64,000 nucleotides of DNA, taken from assembly GCA_028534125.1 (NCBI GenBank), contig CM052847.1, forward strand, positions 22,692,001 through 22,756,000, in the 5' to 3' direction. Source of the stretch: Lama glama. Taxonomy: Eukaryota. Shown here one piece after another: positions 12,449 through 25,580 of the stretch. The notes under the pieces were generated by a model. It saw nothing but the letters and a program-made list of their open reading frames with translations. It made no database searches and was not told where the DNA came from. How positions within the stretch are numbered: position 1 is the stretch's first letter; the number at the start of each line of letters is the position of its first letter. Made by a program: the position numbers and the translations under genes.

Positions 12449-15400
12449 CAACACTTCTCTCCTGTTTACAACTGTTTTCATAGTTTAAAAACACAGTGTG
12501 TTGAAGTCCCTGAGTTCACCTCGCCTGCCTGTGGCCCACAGAGACGTGGGAAGAGCTCGGCCTTGAGTGGGGAGACCGTGGCTGGCGGGGGGTCCTCAGC
12601 CTGCCTTCTTTCAGCCTTTTTCTTTCTACCTGATGGACCCTGAGGTCTCAGCTTTCTTGTCTGTAAAGTCAGGATGTTTCCAGAAGTTCCACAAAGTCGA
12701 ACTCCCTCTGTGAACGCAGTTACCAAGTCCCACAGACAAAGCGTGTAACTTCAGGGCCCCCTCGAGTGCGCCCTGTCCGCGCCCACATGACGAGACGCTG
12801 GGGGGCAGGGGCAGTCCTCCAGGCCTCTGGGACGCAGCGGTGTGACGCCCATGCCCCCAGCCAGAGGGCAGGTGCCCTCCAGAGCGTCTCCAGCTACAGA
12901 AAACGCTTTGCCACATTTTTCTTGGTTTTCGAAGCCCCACGGTGCCACCAGGATCCCCAGAACCAGGGAGTTGGTGCAGCGGCATGAAGCCCTTGGAAGA
13001 ACGCGCCTTCCTGGAAAGCAGGTGCTGCTGTCGGTCAGCTGGCCAGCAGGGCAGCGAGGAGGGGTCTCCGCACAGAGGGTAGCACTCCTGGGAAATTCGG
13101 CGAGAACAGAGCAGCAGCGTGCGGCTGGGAGACTTGACCAGAGGTGGGAAGGAAAAACAAGCCCAGCCGTGTGTGTTTGCCGAGCGCAGCCGCGCTCACG
13201 GGAAGAGGGCTGAGGGGTGGCACTGGAGGAGGGGGCGCGCATCCTCCACCTGGGACGGCGCTACCTCCCTGCACCCCTCGACCCCACGCGGGCTGTGCTG
13301 TCCAGGGTCCTGGCTTTCGGCCTCCTTACTCATACTGCCTGTGTGGCCAGCGTGGCCCGCATCTTGGCTCCATGTCCTGCTCTTGTGGAGCCTGACCTTT
13401 GACTTGGTCCTGACCCTTGACTCACGGCCTCTGCTGACCCTGCCTGCCTGCAGCCATTTGCCTCCTGTGCCCCCGACTTAACGAGATCATTCAGAGCTCT
13501 GTCCGTGCCCGGCTCGTCATGGTTGTGGAGCTGTTCGCCCTTTCCCAGAGGGGGCGCAGTGGTCAGCACTTAGCACACCCCCCTTGTAACGACCGCCTCC
13601 CCGCCCCGGGAGCGCAGCATCGCCTGGGAAGCCGCAAGGGCTTATCCGGCTTCGCGGGAGCAATTTGTCAGGGCCCTTCCGTCGGCCCGGCTGTCAGCAG
13701 ATCCGTAATGGGTTCTGGACCCTTCTGACCTCCGCGTCGCCTCCGCCCTGAGCCGCTGTGGCCTCCTGAACGCCGTCTCCTTCCTCTGGCTGTAAGGGCC
13801 TCTTGACAGGGACTTCAGTGTCCACCTTAGCGGTGGAGCAAGGCCTTTAAGAAACTGAGCTCTTGGTTGGAGGTGAGGTATGGGACGCGTGACCCAGCGG
13901 CCTGTTCCCCACCTCCGCTCGTCCAGGGAGCAGGACACAGACACGAGGCTTTCAAAGTGTGCGCGGCAGGTGGCAGTTTTAGAGCTGAAAAGGAACTGAC
14001 CCTCTTCCCCAGCTGGAGTAACACCCCCCACCGACCCCTGCCCCTCTGTCTGGGATTGGGCGGGGGCTGGAGGTGCAGGAGGGGCGAAGTTCACAAAGAG
14101 CCTGGGGTCTGGTGCCGGTCTAGGCTGTGATCGCAACAAGGCGGGACATGTCCGCTCACTGGAGGCTGGGCTGCAAACGTGGGCCCAGCCCTGCCCGGGT
14201 AGGCAGCTGTAGTGGCCTGATTCTCCAAGCACGCAAGTGTGCCGGGAGCAGACTAGGCGCCCCGTGAGGCTGTTCAGAGGCACCGTCACTGCAGGGCTTC
14301 GCGGGAGCTCAGGCCCGGTTGCTGGGCTTGGGGGCGTCCGGGGTCCTGTTGTTGCTCTTATAAAGGCCAGCAAGGTCGGCGCCAGCCCGCCAGCCCCTCC
14401 AGATGCCCTCCCCCCGCCCAGAGGAGGTGTGTCTGCAGGACTCCCATCGATAGAGCGACGCCCCCTCCCTGGGAGCACCGCCCTCCCTCAGGGAAGGAGG
14501 GAGCAGGAGGGAGAAGAGGGTCGGCCTGAGGGACAGGAGGTTCCCACCGACCAGGCCTGCTCTCTGCTCTGGCTCCCGGGCCTGGCCTGCCAGGCCACCT
14601 GTCCTCTTCTGCTCATCTCTGTGTTACACCCAGAGCACCCACTGTTCACCTCCAGGGAGTTGAGTCTACCCCAACTGTCCAGCGCTAGTGGGTCTCGGTC
14701 CTGACAGGACCAGGAAGCGAGCTGCAGCACACACAGCCTCCCAGAAGACGCACGCGGACGTCCATCTCAGTGACCGCGTTTGGTCTGGAAAGTGTCCCTG
14801 CAGCATCACCGACGCTCTGTACGAAGCAGGCGGTAACGGTGCACCATCTTACACACTCTTCAAAGTGGACGGGACACCCCAAAATGCACACACAGAATTT
14901 GGGGGCAAAGAGCTGAGAGACAGTGGGAGAGGCGAAGGCTGATTTTTCAGTCCTGTAATTGAGGGTTCATGAGACGTGGATTCACCAGGGGAGCCCTCGG
15001 ACGCCTGCTCTGTGTGTATAGACTTTTATGTATGTGTCTGTATGTGTGTGACACGTACTCCACGTGCCACGTAGCCATCACGTTACGTGAACAGTACATG
15101 TTATACGCATTCCATGTCATGTTCAGCCCCAGTGGCGAGGCCCACCCCCTTTTGCCCGCGTGCCAGCCCCTTCTGACAGGCCTTGCAGCCCAGGGTCCTG
15201 GGTGGGGGTCCCTGGAGTCTGCTGAGCCGGGACAGCAGGACCTGCCCTGGTCTGACCTCCCTCCGAGAACCGCTCTACCCTCCACCAGGAAGCCGTCCAC
15301 AAGGCAGCAACTCTGTGCTCTTTCAAGTCTTGCTTTCAACACGAGCTATTCCTGGGCTCCTCAGAAACACTGCCGAGCCCCATTTTGCAGGAGAGAACTT

Positions 15401-18400
15401 CCTGAAATAAAGGCAGTCCACTGGCCTGGGACCAGCTTGAGCTTTCTGACCTGAGCTCTGCCTCCTGCATCTGCAGAGGAGCTGTAAGCTCACACACGTG
15501 TGGTTTGCTCCTGGAAGCCGCCAGGCCCCTCTCCCCACAGGACGGATGATGGAGACAAGCCCGTGGCTGCTCGGAGAACACAGGCACCGATGCTCCCATC
15601 ACGTCATTTGTCAGGGGCGCTTTTTATTCCACAGGGTCCCTTCATCCGTTGAAGAATGAAGTTGGTGACAGTTTATCTTCCTTGTGATGCGAGCGTGTCT
15701 CTCCCAGTGTGACTGCTCGTCTGCAGAGGTTTGCGGGGGCTCAGGCAGCTCCAAGACAATAAACGCGCTGCAACGGCCCGGCCTGTGTGCGGCCTTGATG
15801 CCTAAATTGTCCTCCCATTAAGTGAGGGAGGTTTGCAAGAGCTTTAATTGATCTCTTTTTAAATACAATGAGCTGTCAAAACCGGAGCACTAAACGGCAG
15901 GCCTTTCCGTCTGCGCTGCTGTTATGGGAGGCGGGAGCTGTTTTAAACCGTGCTCCCAGCACCCTGACTGGAGCGGGCCCGACTCTGGCCACCGAGCCAT
16001 CTCGCAGACACCCGCCCTGGGGCCAAGCGTTCTAGGTTTGAAAGACCTGGCGCAGCGACAGGAGTTGGGGCCGGAAGGGGGCGGAGGACCCCGGGTGCCA
16101 GCTGTTCAGGCTCCGCACCTGACTCGTGTTTCTCAGGTTAAGGATGCGCTGGGGCCACAGAGGAAGGAGAGGAGCATGGACCATACACGCTTGCACTGTG
16201 ACCCCAGCTGCCCTGCCGTCCCGGCAGCACGGGCTCCTCACGGCCCACGGCGGCCCAGGCCCTCGTGCCAGGCTCAGGGGCCAGGGCCTGTGGCGGCAGG
16301 TGGAAACCTGTCCGGGCCCGGGACCTTCCCCTGAAGACGCACAGGCGGGGATTCCGTCCAGGGGAGTGTTTCCCAAGGAGGCAGGGCCAGGAGGTCTCAG
16401 GACAGGTTTCCCAGCCCTGCCAGCGGCATAAACTGGTTTTACTGACGATGTATTTCTGTCCACGCTGACTGCTGAGAACCCCCCGCCTCCCAGGGTATCT
16501 GTGGATGCACACTTTCCGAATCAGGGCCCTCAGACCTGCCCTGGGGACAAGAAAGCATGTGTCCGCCAGTAGTGAGGATGGAAAGGCAGCCCTGTCATCA
16601 CTGCTGTTGATGTTCGGGGCCCTGACTTGGTTCTCAGCCTTTAAAAAAGTCAGAGCTGCCGCCGCTCAGATAAAATCCAAACTGTCTGCTACACCTCTAA
16701 TTATCAGTCTGCCTTCCGGGTGAAATGGTACTATTCAATTATTGCTTTTTGTTCACTTGTCAGCCACCGAAAAAAAAAAATCATCACTGCTTTCAAACCA
16801 GCGAAAAGAACAGAAAGTCTGCAAATTGCTTTCTCAGCGCAGTTACTTCAGACCTAATACCTCTCTGCAGAGTGTCAGAAATTGTATAATGCTCTGTTGC
16901 CTGCAGATCGGGTCTAATGTGGCTGTTTCAATGATTTGTTGTACATGATGTAATTTTATTGAAATGATTTCTTTTGTCACCACTTTGTATGTGGCTGGTG
17001 GTGACACCCTGCACTCATCATCTAAATACACGTTTGCTGCGACCCCTGTAAACCAGGCAGCGTTGTCCCCAGGGTGGCGTGTTACTCCTCTGGGCGAGAT
17101 GAGGGCAGGCTGAGCCAGCCCCCCCGGGCGGGGCATCGCCACGGGAGCCCACAGACCGGCTGCGTCTCCCTGCCCTCGGCTGCAGAGGAGCAGGGCCGGT
17201 GCAGCCAGGGTCGTCCTGGAGGCCTCACATCTGGCCTCACTGTGGACGTGCCTACCCCAGGCCGGATGGGACAGGGAGGCCCGCGGCTGCTGGCCAGTGA
17301 GCACGTGCCGCACGGGAGGACATCCCCTTGGTCTCCCCTCAGCACGTGTGGAGGATGCTGAACATGGAAACGTGTTTAAAACGCTGAGCCCCAGAACCTG
17401 CCGTCGCACACCGAGGCCCCAGAGCAGCCTCTCCGACTGCGCCCAGCTGTCCCGGGGCTCCCTTCCCTAGCGTCCTTCCCCTTTGCTGTAACTTTGTAGA
17501 GGAGACTGGCAGAGACGCGTGTCCCCCGGCGTCATGCACCGTGGGCTGGGCAGTCCCTCCAGAAACGACGCATGCCCGCTGTGTGCGACCGCAGCCCAGG
17601 TCAGCGTCGGCCACAGGAGCTGTGTCCGCACAGATCTGTTCCCTCAGGTTCTTGTCAGGGCCCCGGCCCCCAGCCTTACGTCCAGTCAGGGTTGGGAGCC
17701 CACCCCTGGGTCCTCCTGGTGGCACCTGTGTTTCTGGGGTAAAACTCACACCAGTGTCCTCCACCCTGGCTTTCTCCTCTCCCGGACCTGCTGGAGTTGA
17801 CTTGTTTCTGGACCCCACGTGTGTGGCACGTGAAATGCACGTGTTCGCAGGGGAACAAGGGAGGGAGCGGGACTCACGCGCTTTGTGCTCCGAGACTCTC
17901 AGTCTCTGGCCCCGTTCAGGACCCGGCCAGCATCACCCCGCACTCCCGCCCTGAGGCTACAGAGACAGAGAAAGACCCCAGCTGGGGCCAGGGGAGCTGA
18001 GCGGCTGGCGCCCTCGGCATCTCAGGATGTTGTGCTGATGTCTTAGTTTCCAGTTTCCTTCGGAGGGTGTGGGGGCGGGTCTCCCATTGACCGTGCCTCA
18101 GCCCGGTCAGTGCGGGCTCAGGTTTGGCTGTGCAGCCACCCTGCTGCCGGAGCAGCCATTGCTGCCAGTTCCCAACTTGCTTCCAGCGTAAAAGAAATGT
18201 TTACTCTCCTCATTTTGCTCAGGATGATTTAAGAGGAAAAAATGTTTTATTATCTGGAGTTCAGAGTCAGAGTCCTGAGCCACATAACTTAGTTGCTGTG
18301 TGGAATAAACACACGGATGACCGTCACTGTCGGAACAACCCAGAAACCACGCAGGGCCAGCACTGCCGGGGGGCGCCGTCGGTGAGGGCGAGGGAGCTGC

Positions 18401-18494
18401 CGGGGACGCAGCTGCCGGGGATGCACTGCCGGGGGCTCAGCCGCTGACCGCACGGAGGCCAGGCCGGGAGAAGTGGCCACGGGGACTGAGCGTC

Positions 18495-18730
18495 CCAGGT
18501 GGAGACTAGCAGCAGACCTGCTTCTTACCATCCCGGGGGCCACAAACCCACGGTCAAGGTGCCAGCACGGTGGGTGCTGGTTCCCAGATGGCATCTTTCC
18601 CCAGGTTCTCACCTGGAGGGAGGGGCGGGGGCCCTGGCGGTCCCTTCGCGAGAATACGAGTCCCGTGGTGGAGGCTCAGCACCTCCTGACGCGGTCATCC
18701 GGGCTTGTCCCCAACACTGGGTCTGGGGCC
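18495..18730 (-). mobile_element. MLT1A-like MaLR LTR fragment
   Basis: cagcagacctgcttcttacca...ggtcaaggtgccagca...cagatggcatctttccccaggttctcacctgg...ggaggctcagcacctcctgac. Confidence 0.6.
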
Positions 18731-19269
18731 ACCGTTCCACCCGAGCCCCACCCGCAGTCCGTGCGCTAGCAGCCCCGCACGTGTCCTGTGCCTGCACGGC
18801 CCACCTCGCTCCATTTTCTTTTTCCTCTTAGAGGCCAGGATTCCGAGCTGCCTGGGAAACCGCGAGGGCAGGTGACACTTGCTTCCACGTGGACTGAGAG
18901 CCGGGACTGTTGGGGGGGGGGGTGTCCAGGGCAGGCTGGCCTGGTCCTGCACTGTCCTCCCACCATGACAGACCGGGGCTTGGCTTCCACCCTTGGCTGG
19001 GGGCCGAGGCAAGGAGGCTCTGGGAGGCGGCCATCCATCCCGCCCGTGGGGAAGTCACACCTCATTAAGAGGCCGTAGGTAAGCAGGGCCTGGACAGACT
19101 CAGCCCCGTGGACATGTGGTGACAGCTTGAGTTATGCTGACAGGCCCCCTCAAAGGGAAAGGCAGTGTCACAGGGAGATGAAACACATCCCCCGTCACCC
19201 TCCACACAGGACAAATGGATGGCCGAGGAGCCTCCCGCCAGCCACACGGCCGTCCAGGGACAGACGGGA

Positions 19270-19425
19270 GAGTTGAGTTTGATGTTATAAATCACCGTAA
19301 TTTGTTACAATTTCCAAAGACAAATATGACAGGGTGGAATTACTTTGCAGGGCTGAGGCAGTCATTTGCAGAAGCCATAAAGCGCCGTATAAATCTGCGG
19401 ATGAGATGCATTCAATCTGAGGAAA
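19270..19425. promoter_or_regulatory. Candidate enhancer (PBX-HOX plus MEIS motifs)
   Basis: TGATTTAT on the minus strand (19287-19294), TGACAG (19327-19332) and GCCATAAA (19374-19381) in an AT-rich island. Confidence 0.4.
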
Positions 19426-20249
19426 CAGCGCGGTGTCGGCTCTGTCTGTCGTGCTTACCAGGAGCCCAGGCTCACTCTCGCCGAGGGGTCCTCTCACCGC
19501 GTGCGGGACCCACTCCCGCAGGGCCCTCTCCCCCGTCCCCCAGGGGAAGGGGAGGCCTGGGCTTCTGCCCGCCTCCCAGCCCCCCAGACACGTGCCCCGC
19601 CCCAGACGGAGGACGAAAGAGGAGCAGCGTTTCACCCGAACCCACCAAGTGTGCCGTCCCCGGGGAAGGAGGGTGGGACCCGGCTCCACCCCACGTCCTC
19701 TCTGTCGGGGCTCCTGGCGCCTTTCGCTGCCAGCTCTCGGCTGGTGGTTCCCGAACCCACGTGTGGGCGTCTCTTCTGAGCTGCGGGCTCCCCGGCAGCG
19801 GTGGCCAGGCCATGACTCCCTGAGAGCCAGGGGCCGTGACCTTCCAGAACTGCCTTCCTTGCTTTAGGTGGGCTACGAGGAGGCTGAGGCCAGGCGTGCT
19901 GCTTCTCGGGGCCCCACCCAGAACGTCATGCAGATGGTCCCCCGAGGTCGCCCACTCTTCCAGCCTGAACGTGGCCCAGGGCGCCCCCACCCACCCCCGC
20001 CTCCCTCCTCAAGAGTAACTCCAGCTCCGGGTGCGGCGCCCAGCAGGGGCCTGGCACCGTCGTGTGGTTTTTTTGAGCGTCTCAGCTTTTAGATAGTCGC
20101 TCTGATGTGTGGTGACCGCCGTCCACCCTGGCTGGTCTGGTGGCATCTTCAGGGCTGGCCGCTTCCCTGAATGTGGGTCTTTTCCGCCCAGTTTCCCCGC
20201 CATCCACAGACCCTTTGAACTCCCATGTGAATATGACAAAATAACAGGT

Positions 20250-20400
20250 CAGTTAAGAGCGTGGACTTGGGGTGGGAGGCCTGAGCTGGGTCCTGGCCCC
20301 ATCACTCACTAAATGTCGAGCCTTGAGCACCAAGTACTTGCCCCCCAGAAGCGTCGAGTTCAAGTTGACAAGGGGTGGTGTCTCCTAAGATCCTTTACAT
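20250..20400 (+). mobile_element. MIR SINE fragment
   Basis: agttaagagcgtggacttgg...ctgggtcctggccccatcactcactaaatgtcgagccttgagca resembles the MIR 5' part. Confidence 0.5.
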
Positions 20401-21590
20401 GGTCTTCGGTGCTTTTCTTCCCCTCACGTCTTTGTGTCGACCCTAACCCTAACCCACGAACTCTAGCCCAGTGTTTATCTGATCACCCCACTTTTGTGCC
20501 TAAGATCCCCTCCAAGAACCCCGGCCGCTGTAATCTGCCCATTTCCCCGTGGCATCCGTGTCTACTGAGACCCAGCTCATCCTGGACTCCTCGCAAGCGC
20601 CTGCGCGTCACGCCCCCAGGGCCTCACTGTGGCTCGTGGGCACAGCAGACACGCTGTCCCTCTCCGGACCAGGGCCGTGTCTGGGCCCCCAGCAGCCCGG
20701 TGCCAGCCCTGCGGCCGGTGAGCACCTTGTTCTGCGTTTTCAGGGCCGGGGCTGAGGGCCTCTCAGACCCCATCAAGGTGCACGCGCGCTGACATGGCCT
20801 GTGTGGCTTTCACTGGGGCAGACTTGGTGCCAGGAGCCCTGTCCTCTCACACACACCTGCTCCTCGGTCCCTCCAGGCTGACACCCGACCGGCCAGCACT
20901 GGACGGTGACACGGCAGGGGCGGGGCGAGGGGACATCTGACACAGCAGGAAGGAGAGAATTCAGCCTTCGGGGGCAGGAGTCTCCTCGTGATGTCTGCGG
21001 GTTCGTCAGGGTCCTCCGGAGAGCAGAGCCGCAGGCTGTTGCGCATATTGTGTGTGTGTGTTACCGTACGTGTACGTGCGTCACGTGTAGGTACAGGGAC
21101 AGAGACCACCATCGAGGCACTTAACCCACCGCTGCGCGCCTGGTGTCAGGGAGGCCCGGCGGTAGGTGTGCAGGTCGGTGGTGCTGAAAGCAGCCTCCCG
21201 GGTTCCTGGACTCACCTTTAGTCCTGCGAGCGCCCCTGGAAGGGTCCCCAGAGGGTCTGCACGAAATACCCCAGAGCCGGGCGGGAGGGCGAGGCCAGAT
21301 GGGCCCGACGTGCAGGACGGAGGTGCCCGGGGAGAGGCGGTTGTGGCGCTGAGGAGGGCCGGGGGGCAGCTTTGGAATTCGGGCTCATTCTGTCTCCAGG
21401 GAGGGGCTGTAACTGGAGGGAAGACGACGAAAGCCAGTTTCACAAGTGGTGGTGCCTCCCCCAACCTGCAGGTCCCTTTCCTCACCTCTCCCCAGACCCC
21501 AGGCAGGAGGCCCAGTGCCCTGCGAGGCGCCCCGGAGGATGTGGGCCACTGAGGTGAGGCCCCTGGACCGCTGGAACTGCAACCTCCCAC

Positions 21591-21722
21591 CCCGCCTGCC
21601 CCACCCAGGTGTGGGGACCACCCTGCCCGCCTCACCCAGGTGTGAGGACACTCCACCTGCCCCACCCAGGTGTGGTGACCACCCCGCCCGCCTCACCCAG
21701 GTGTGGGGACCACCCCCCCCCC
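21591..21722. repeat. GC-rich minisatellite, four ~29-32 bp units in A-B-A-B arrangement
   Basis: Core cacccaggtgtg(g/a)ggac repeated four times. Confidence 0.9.
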
Positions 21723-23714
21723 AGGCCCAGATGTAGCACTCTCCTGTGCTGTGGAGGGTGAGGCCCAGGCCCGACGCAGACCCGTGGTCTCCACTTCATT
21801 GTTGTTGGAGAGCAGACATTTGTGCGCCTCTTGCTTGGGGACGTCTGCTAGGCGACAGCATCCAGCCACGGTGATGGGAAGGAGTTGTCGGAGGCATCGC
21901 CATGCGTCCACCCGCAGCTCTGTGGGAATCCCAGAGGCGTCCCAGGTCCTCCACCAGGACCCCGGACAGATAGGGCCAGATGCCTAGAGCTCTTCCTGCC
22001 CGAAGAACCAGCATCCTCAAGGCAGCCAGGGCTCTGAACGCACCGCCAGCTTCTCCGCCGTGCCCTCTAAACGTGGTCCAACTTCACCCTTCAGTACCTG
22101 AAGTCGGGGCTCAGGGCCCCGGGGACGTACCCCGAACCCTGCTCGAGGGCACCGTTGGCCGTGCCACCAGGCCTCCAAGTCTTGGCTTACGCTCCAGTGG
22201 AAGACACTGAGGGTGGACGGGCTCGCAGGCTGGAGGCAACGGGGGAAGCAGGGGTGGGGATGGGTGCAAACAAAGCAGAGGGACGAAGATGGAGGGCCCG
22301 CATCCCGGGAGCCCTGCCGTGGCCCTCCCAGGTCTGCCGCGGATCACGTCGCTGACCAGTCCGGGTGGGCTTCCCGGGAAAGGGTGGGGCGGCAGGTCCT
22401 GGGGCTCCCAGGAGACACGACGCACCCCACCAGCAGGTTCCCCAAGGAGGACCCTGCGCACTCGCAGGGATGTGCCATGAGAGCTGCCGGGGTCGCTTCA
22501 GGAAGCCCTGTTACCTGAGTATGGACACTGTAACCTTGACCCCAGAGCTCCTGGCGGGTGGAGCGGGGGGAGAGCGCGGTTCATCCTAGGTGGCCCCTCG
22601 GGGTGGGAGGGGGTCAGGACGCTGGCTGGACGGAGACCCTTAGAGGCTGGCAGCACCGCAAGGCCTAGCACATCACACGTTAGTTCAGTGGCCCCAGCTG
22701 TGCCCTCAGACATGTCTGAGGGCGGCCAGCGAGCTCCGAGACGTACCGCCAGCGCACTTGCAATCATGCGGAAGCGCAAACACGAAGCGAAGAAGCAAGC
22801 GGAGCCCTGCGCCCCCGGGAGAGGCCGCAGGGACGACAGCATGGAGGCCGCGGCCACTGCCTCTCCCTGGGACGCCGGGGGCCGTGGCCGCCCGCCCGGG
22901 GCCGGGGCAGGAAGCGCTGTGGGGAGGCCGGGCCTCGTGCTTTCGGAGAATGTGGGTGAAGGGCGCTCTTGATACTGATTCTGCTGGTTTCAAGAAAGAA
23001 AAGCCAGCAGGAGGAATCAGAGACTGACGAGGATCTTGGAGAGGAAACGGGCGTCTGCATCGCACTTAGAGGGCAATGTGTCTTCAGGGCGAGATGGCTG
23101 CTGGGGTAGGAAGCCTGCGGGAGGACGTGGTGCGAGCGTGGGTAATTAACCCTTTGGGGACGGTGCCCAGGGGTGCTTTGCTCTAACTCAAGCTGCAGGC
23201 ATAAAAGTACTTGCTGTAAGTTTGCAGCCTGAGATGTTCTGCGATGTTTCTGCAAACAGCACGCAGACAGTGCAGCGGGCTGGGAGGAACGGGAGGTGAT
23301 GGGAAGCTGGGCGTGAGTTTTTTTTTAAGAAAGAAAACTTGGATTTAAGAAGTGCCTTTACTCCTTGACTAAGACAACAGTCAGCTGGCACAGTTCTCAC
23401 CTCAGTGAGTAAGATCCTTAAGTGCGATGCGGCCGGTGTGGAACACCAGAGACCTGTGTCCCTCCCTGGGAGGGAGAGTGTGGGACACACGGCCTCCTGG
23501 TCAGTTTGTCCTGCGACGTCCGATCTGTAGACTCGCCCGTGGCCTCTCAAGACCAGGGCCGCTGGTGTGTGCACTGTGCGGTGGTCGCCGTAGTGCCCCG
23601 CCCGCGAGGAGCACGGTGCTGGCCCCGCGAGGCGTGCTGAGCCGGCCCGCAGCCCGGCGGGCACAACGGCCTCGCGTCTGCTTACAGCGTGAAGACCGCT
23701 AAGAAAGGCTCTAA

Positions 23715-23890
23715 TCAGGGATCTGACTAACAACTTGAGGGGAGGCTGAGGTGGTCGGGAGGCTTCCCTGAGAAAGTGACAGCTGACCGTGGGCCTGGAT
23801 GGGCAGGTACAGCCGGAGGTAGGAGCGTGTCACATGCAAAGGCCCCGTGGTGAACACGTGCAAAGGACAAGGTGCTGGAGAGGCTGGGGG
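23715..23890 (-). mobile_element. L2 LINE fragment
   Basis: ggtcgggaggcttccctgagaaagtgacagctga...catgcaaaggccccgtggtg is typical antisense L2 sequence. Confidence 0.55.
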
Positions 23891-24439
23891 CCCCCAGACA
23901 GCACAGGACCTGCAGGTCTCGTCAGGAGAGCCACCTGAGAGCATGGGGCGCACTGCAGGGCTGTGAGGGAAGGGTGTCCTGGGGGTTGGGGACAGGAGAG
24001 TGCACTCTGGCTGCACTGGGGGGCAGACCGGAGGGCAGGCACATAACGGGGTGGACCAGCTGGAGCTACTGCGCTGGCGAGGTGAGCCGGAGCCCAGGAG
24101 GTGGTGGAAGGACACAGGTGAAGCAGCCTTGTTAGGACTGGGGGGGTGGGAGCAGGAGGGACGCGTCAGTGACGGTGACTCGACGGAGCCTGTGGGGATG
24201 CGGTGAGGAAAGCCAAGGAAGAGGGGGTCTCGGGAAGGAGGGAAAGAGCTTCGGCGTGTGACGCCTTCGCTGTGGAGGTGGGCAGGATGAGGCCGGCTCG
24301 TGTCCACGCGTCCCGGGGCCGAGAGGGGGTCCCCGCCAGCCTGGGGAGTGGTGCTGGCAGGTGGGCGGGAGAGGAGGACGGGCAGGAGACAGTGGGGCAG
24401 GTGGCTCTGCGGACCCGGGTGGGTCCCTGGGGCCGCCAA

Positions 24440-24605
24440 CCGTTGCTGCTGGATGATCCCGTCGCCAGGAGCTGTCCTGGGCGTTGCAGGATGTCTAGCA
24501 GCCTCCTGACCTCCACCCGGGTGCCCCCACAGCTGTGACAAGCACGTCTCCAGACATGGTCAGATGTCCCAGGGGGACCCTCCCCCCTCCCCCTGAAATG
24601 GCTGA
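24440..24605. mobile_element. MER20 (hAT-Charlie) DNA transposon relic
   Basis: gctgtcctgggcgttgcaggatgtctagcagcctcctgacctccaccc...gctgtgacaagcacgtctccagacatggtcagatgtcccaggggg is colinear with the recalled MER20 consensus. Confidence 0.8.
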
Positions 24606-25429
24606 GTTCGAAGTCATGAGGGTCAAGTAAGAGACTTGAACAAACTTACAGGCGGTGGTGAGGACGCAGCTGAGGGAGAGAAGGCGGAGGGCTGCGGGAG
24701 GCGGTGCTCCACTGCGAGGGTGGGGGGCCGGGGACCCGGAACCAGGGCGGCGCCGGCCCTGGGTGGATGGGTGTCCTCGGAGAGGTGACAGGACGGGCTT
24801 GCCGTGGGGTGCTGGTGCCCCGGGAGCACAGGGTCCCCGGACTCTTGCTCCCGCGTCCACCCGAGGGTGGTCCTTAGCGGGAGGTGTGGACACAGCAGGC
24901 ACGGCCGTTTGGCAGGAAGGTTTACGGAGAACTTGCGCTGGAGAAGAGCTCGCCAGGGGCCTGGGGAGGAGGGCGTAGGGGTGGCCAGGCTTACCCCATA
25001 ACACCCGCCTGTAAGGCAAGGGCCCCATCGGAACCAGTCTGACACCGGGATCTGGGCCGCAGACATCGAGGAGGTGGAGGCCCTGGGCAGGCCGGCCCCC
25101 TGCGGCTCAGGACGGCAGGTGGACAGAGGGGGCCTGCGGCATCAGGGAAACACTCGAAGCTCTGGGTCTGGGGAGGAGCTGAGGGAACATTTCCCTCTTG
25201 GGCTGTTACGGTCGGTCATCCAGCTTGTCACCAGATGGGACAGCATCTCCAAATTCTGACAGTGAAGAGCACTGCCTGCCCACGGAAGGACTTTCCTCGC
25301 TCCAAAGGCATGAGACTTGCAGACCTGCCCTGACGGGGGGGCTGTTTGTGTTCGTGGACAGAAAAGCCAGGAGAAGCCCAGATGGGTGCAGAGCCAGGCC
25401 GTGCTGCTCCTGCTGGCCAGGCGGGCAGC

Positions 25430-25580
25430 TTGCTGCTTCTGTGCCTCAGTTTTCTAATCCAAGGAATGGGAATAAAATGTGAACCTCGTAGAATTCTTGC
25501 AGGCAATCGATGAATAATGCAGCATCTGTGTAAGTCTTAACTGAGTGCTCAACACGTGGGAAGGACTTAACAAGTAACTG
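25430..25580 (+). mobile_element. MIR SINE core and 3' part
   Basis: tctgtgcctcagttttctaatccaaggaatgggaataaaatg...acctcgtagaattcttg...tgtaagtcttaac...gtgctcaacacgtgg. Confidence 0.7.

Noticed and set aside
13544-13975. CTCF-like motifs (cccagagggggcgc, gcggcaggtggcag; also near 45583)
   Set aside because: Imperfect matches are frequent by chance at this GC content; cannot be supported without ChIP or conservation data.
20441-20455. ccctaaccctaaccc telomere-like repeat
   Set aside because: Only 2.5 units, too short to call an interstitial telomeric sequence.
21591-21722. CRISPR-like array
   Set aside because: No unique spacers and no cas genes; mammalian context. It is a minisatellite.
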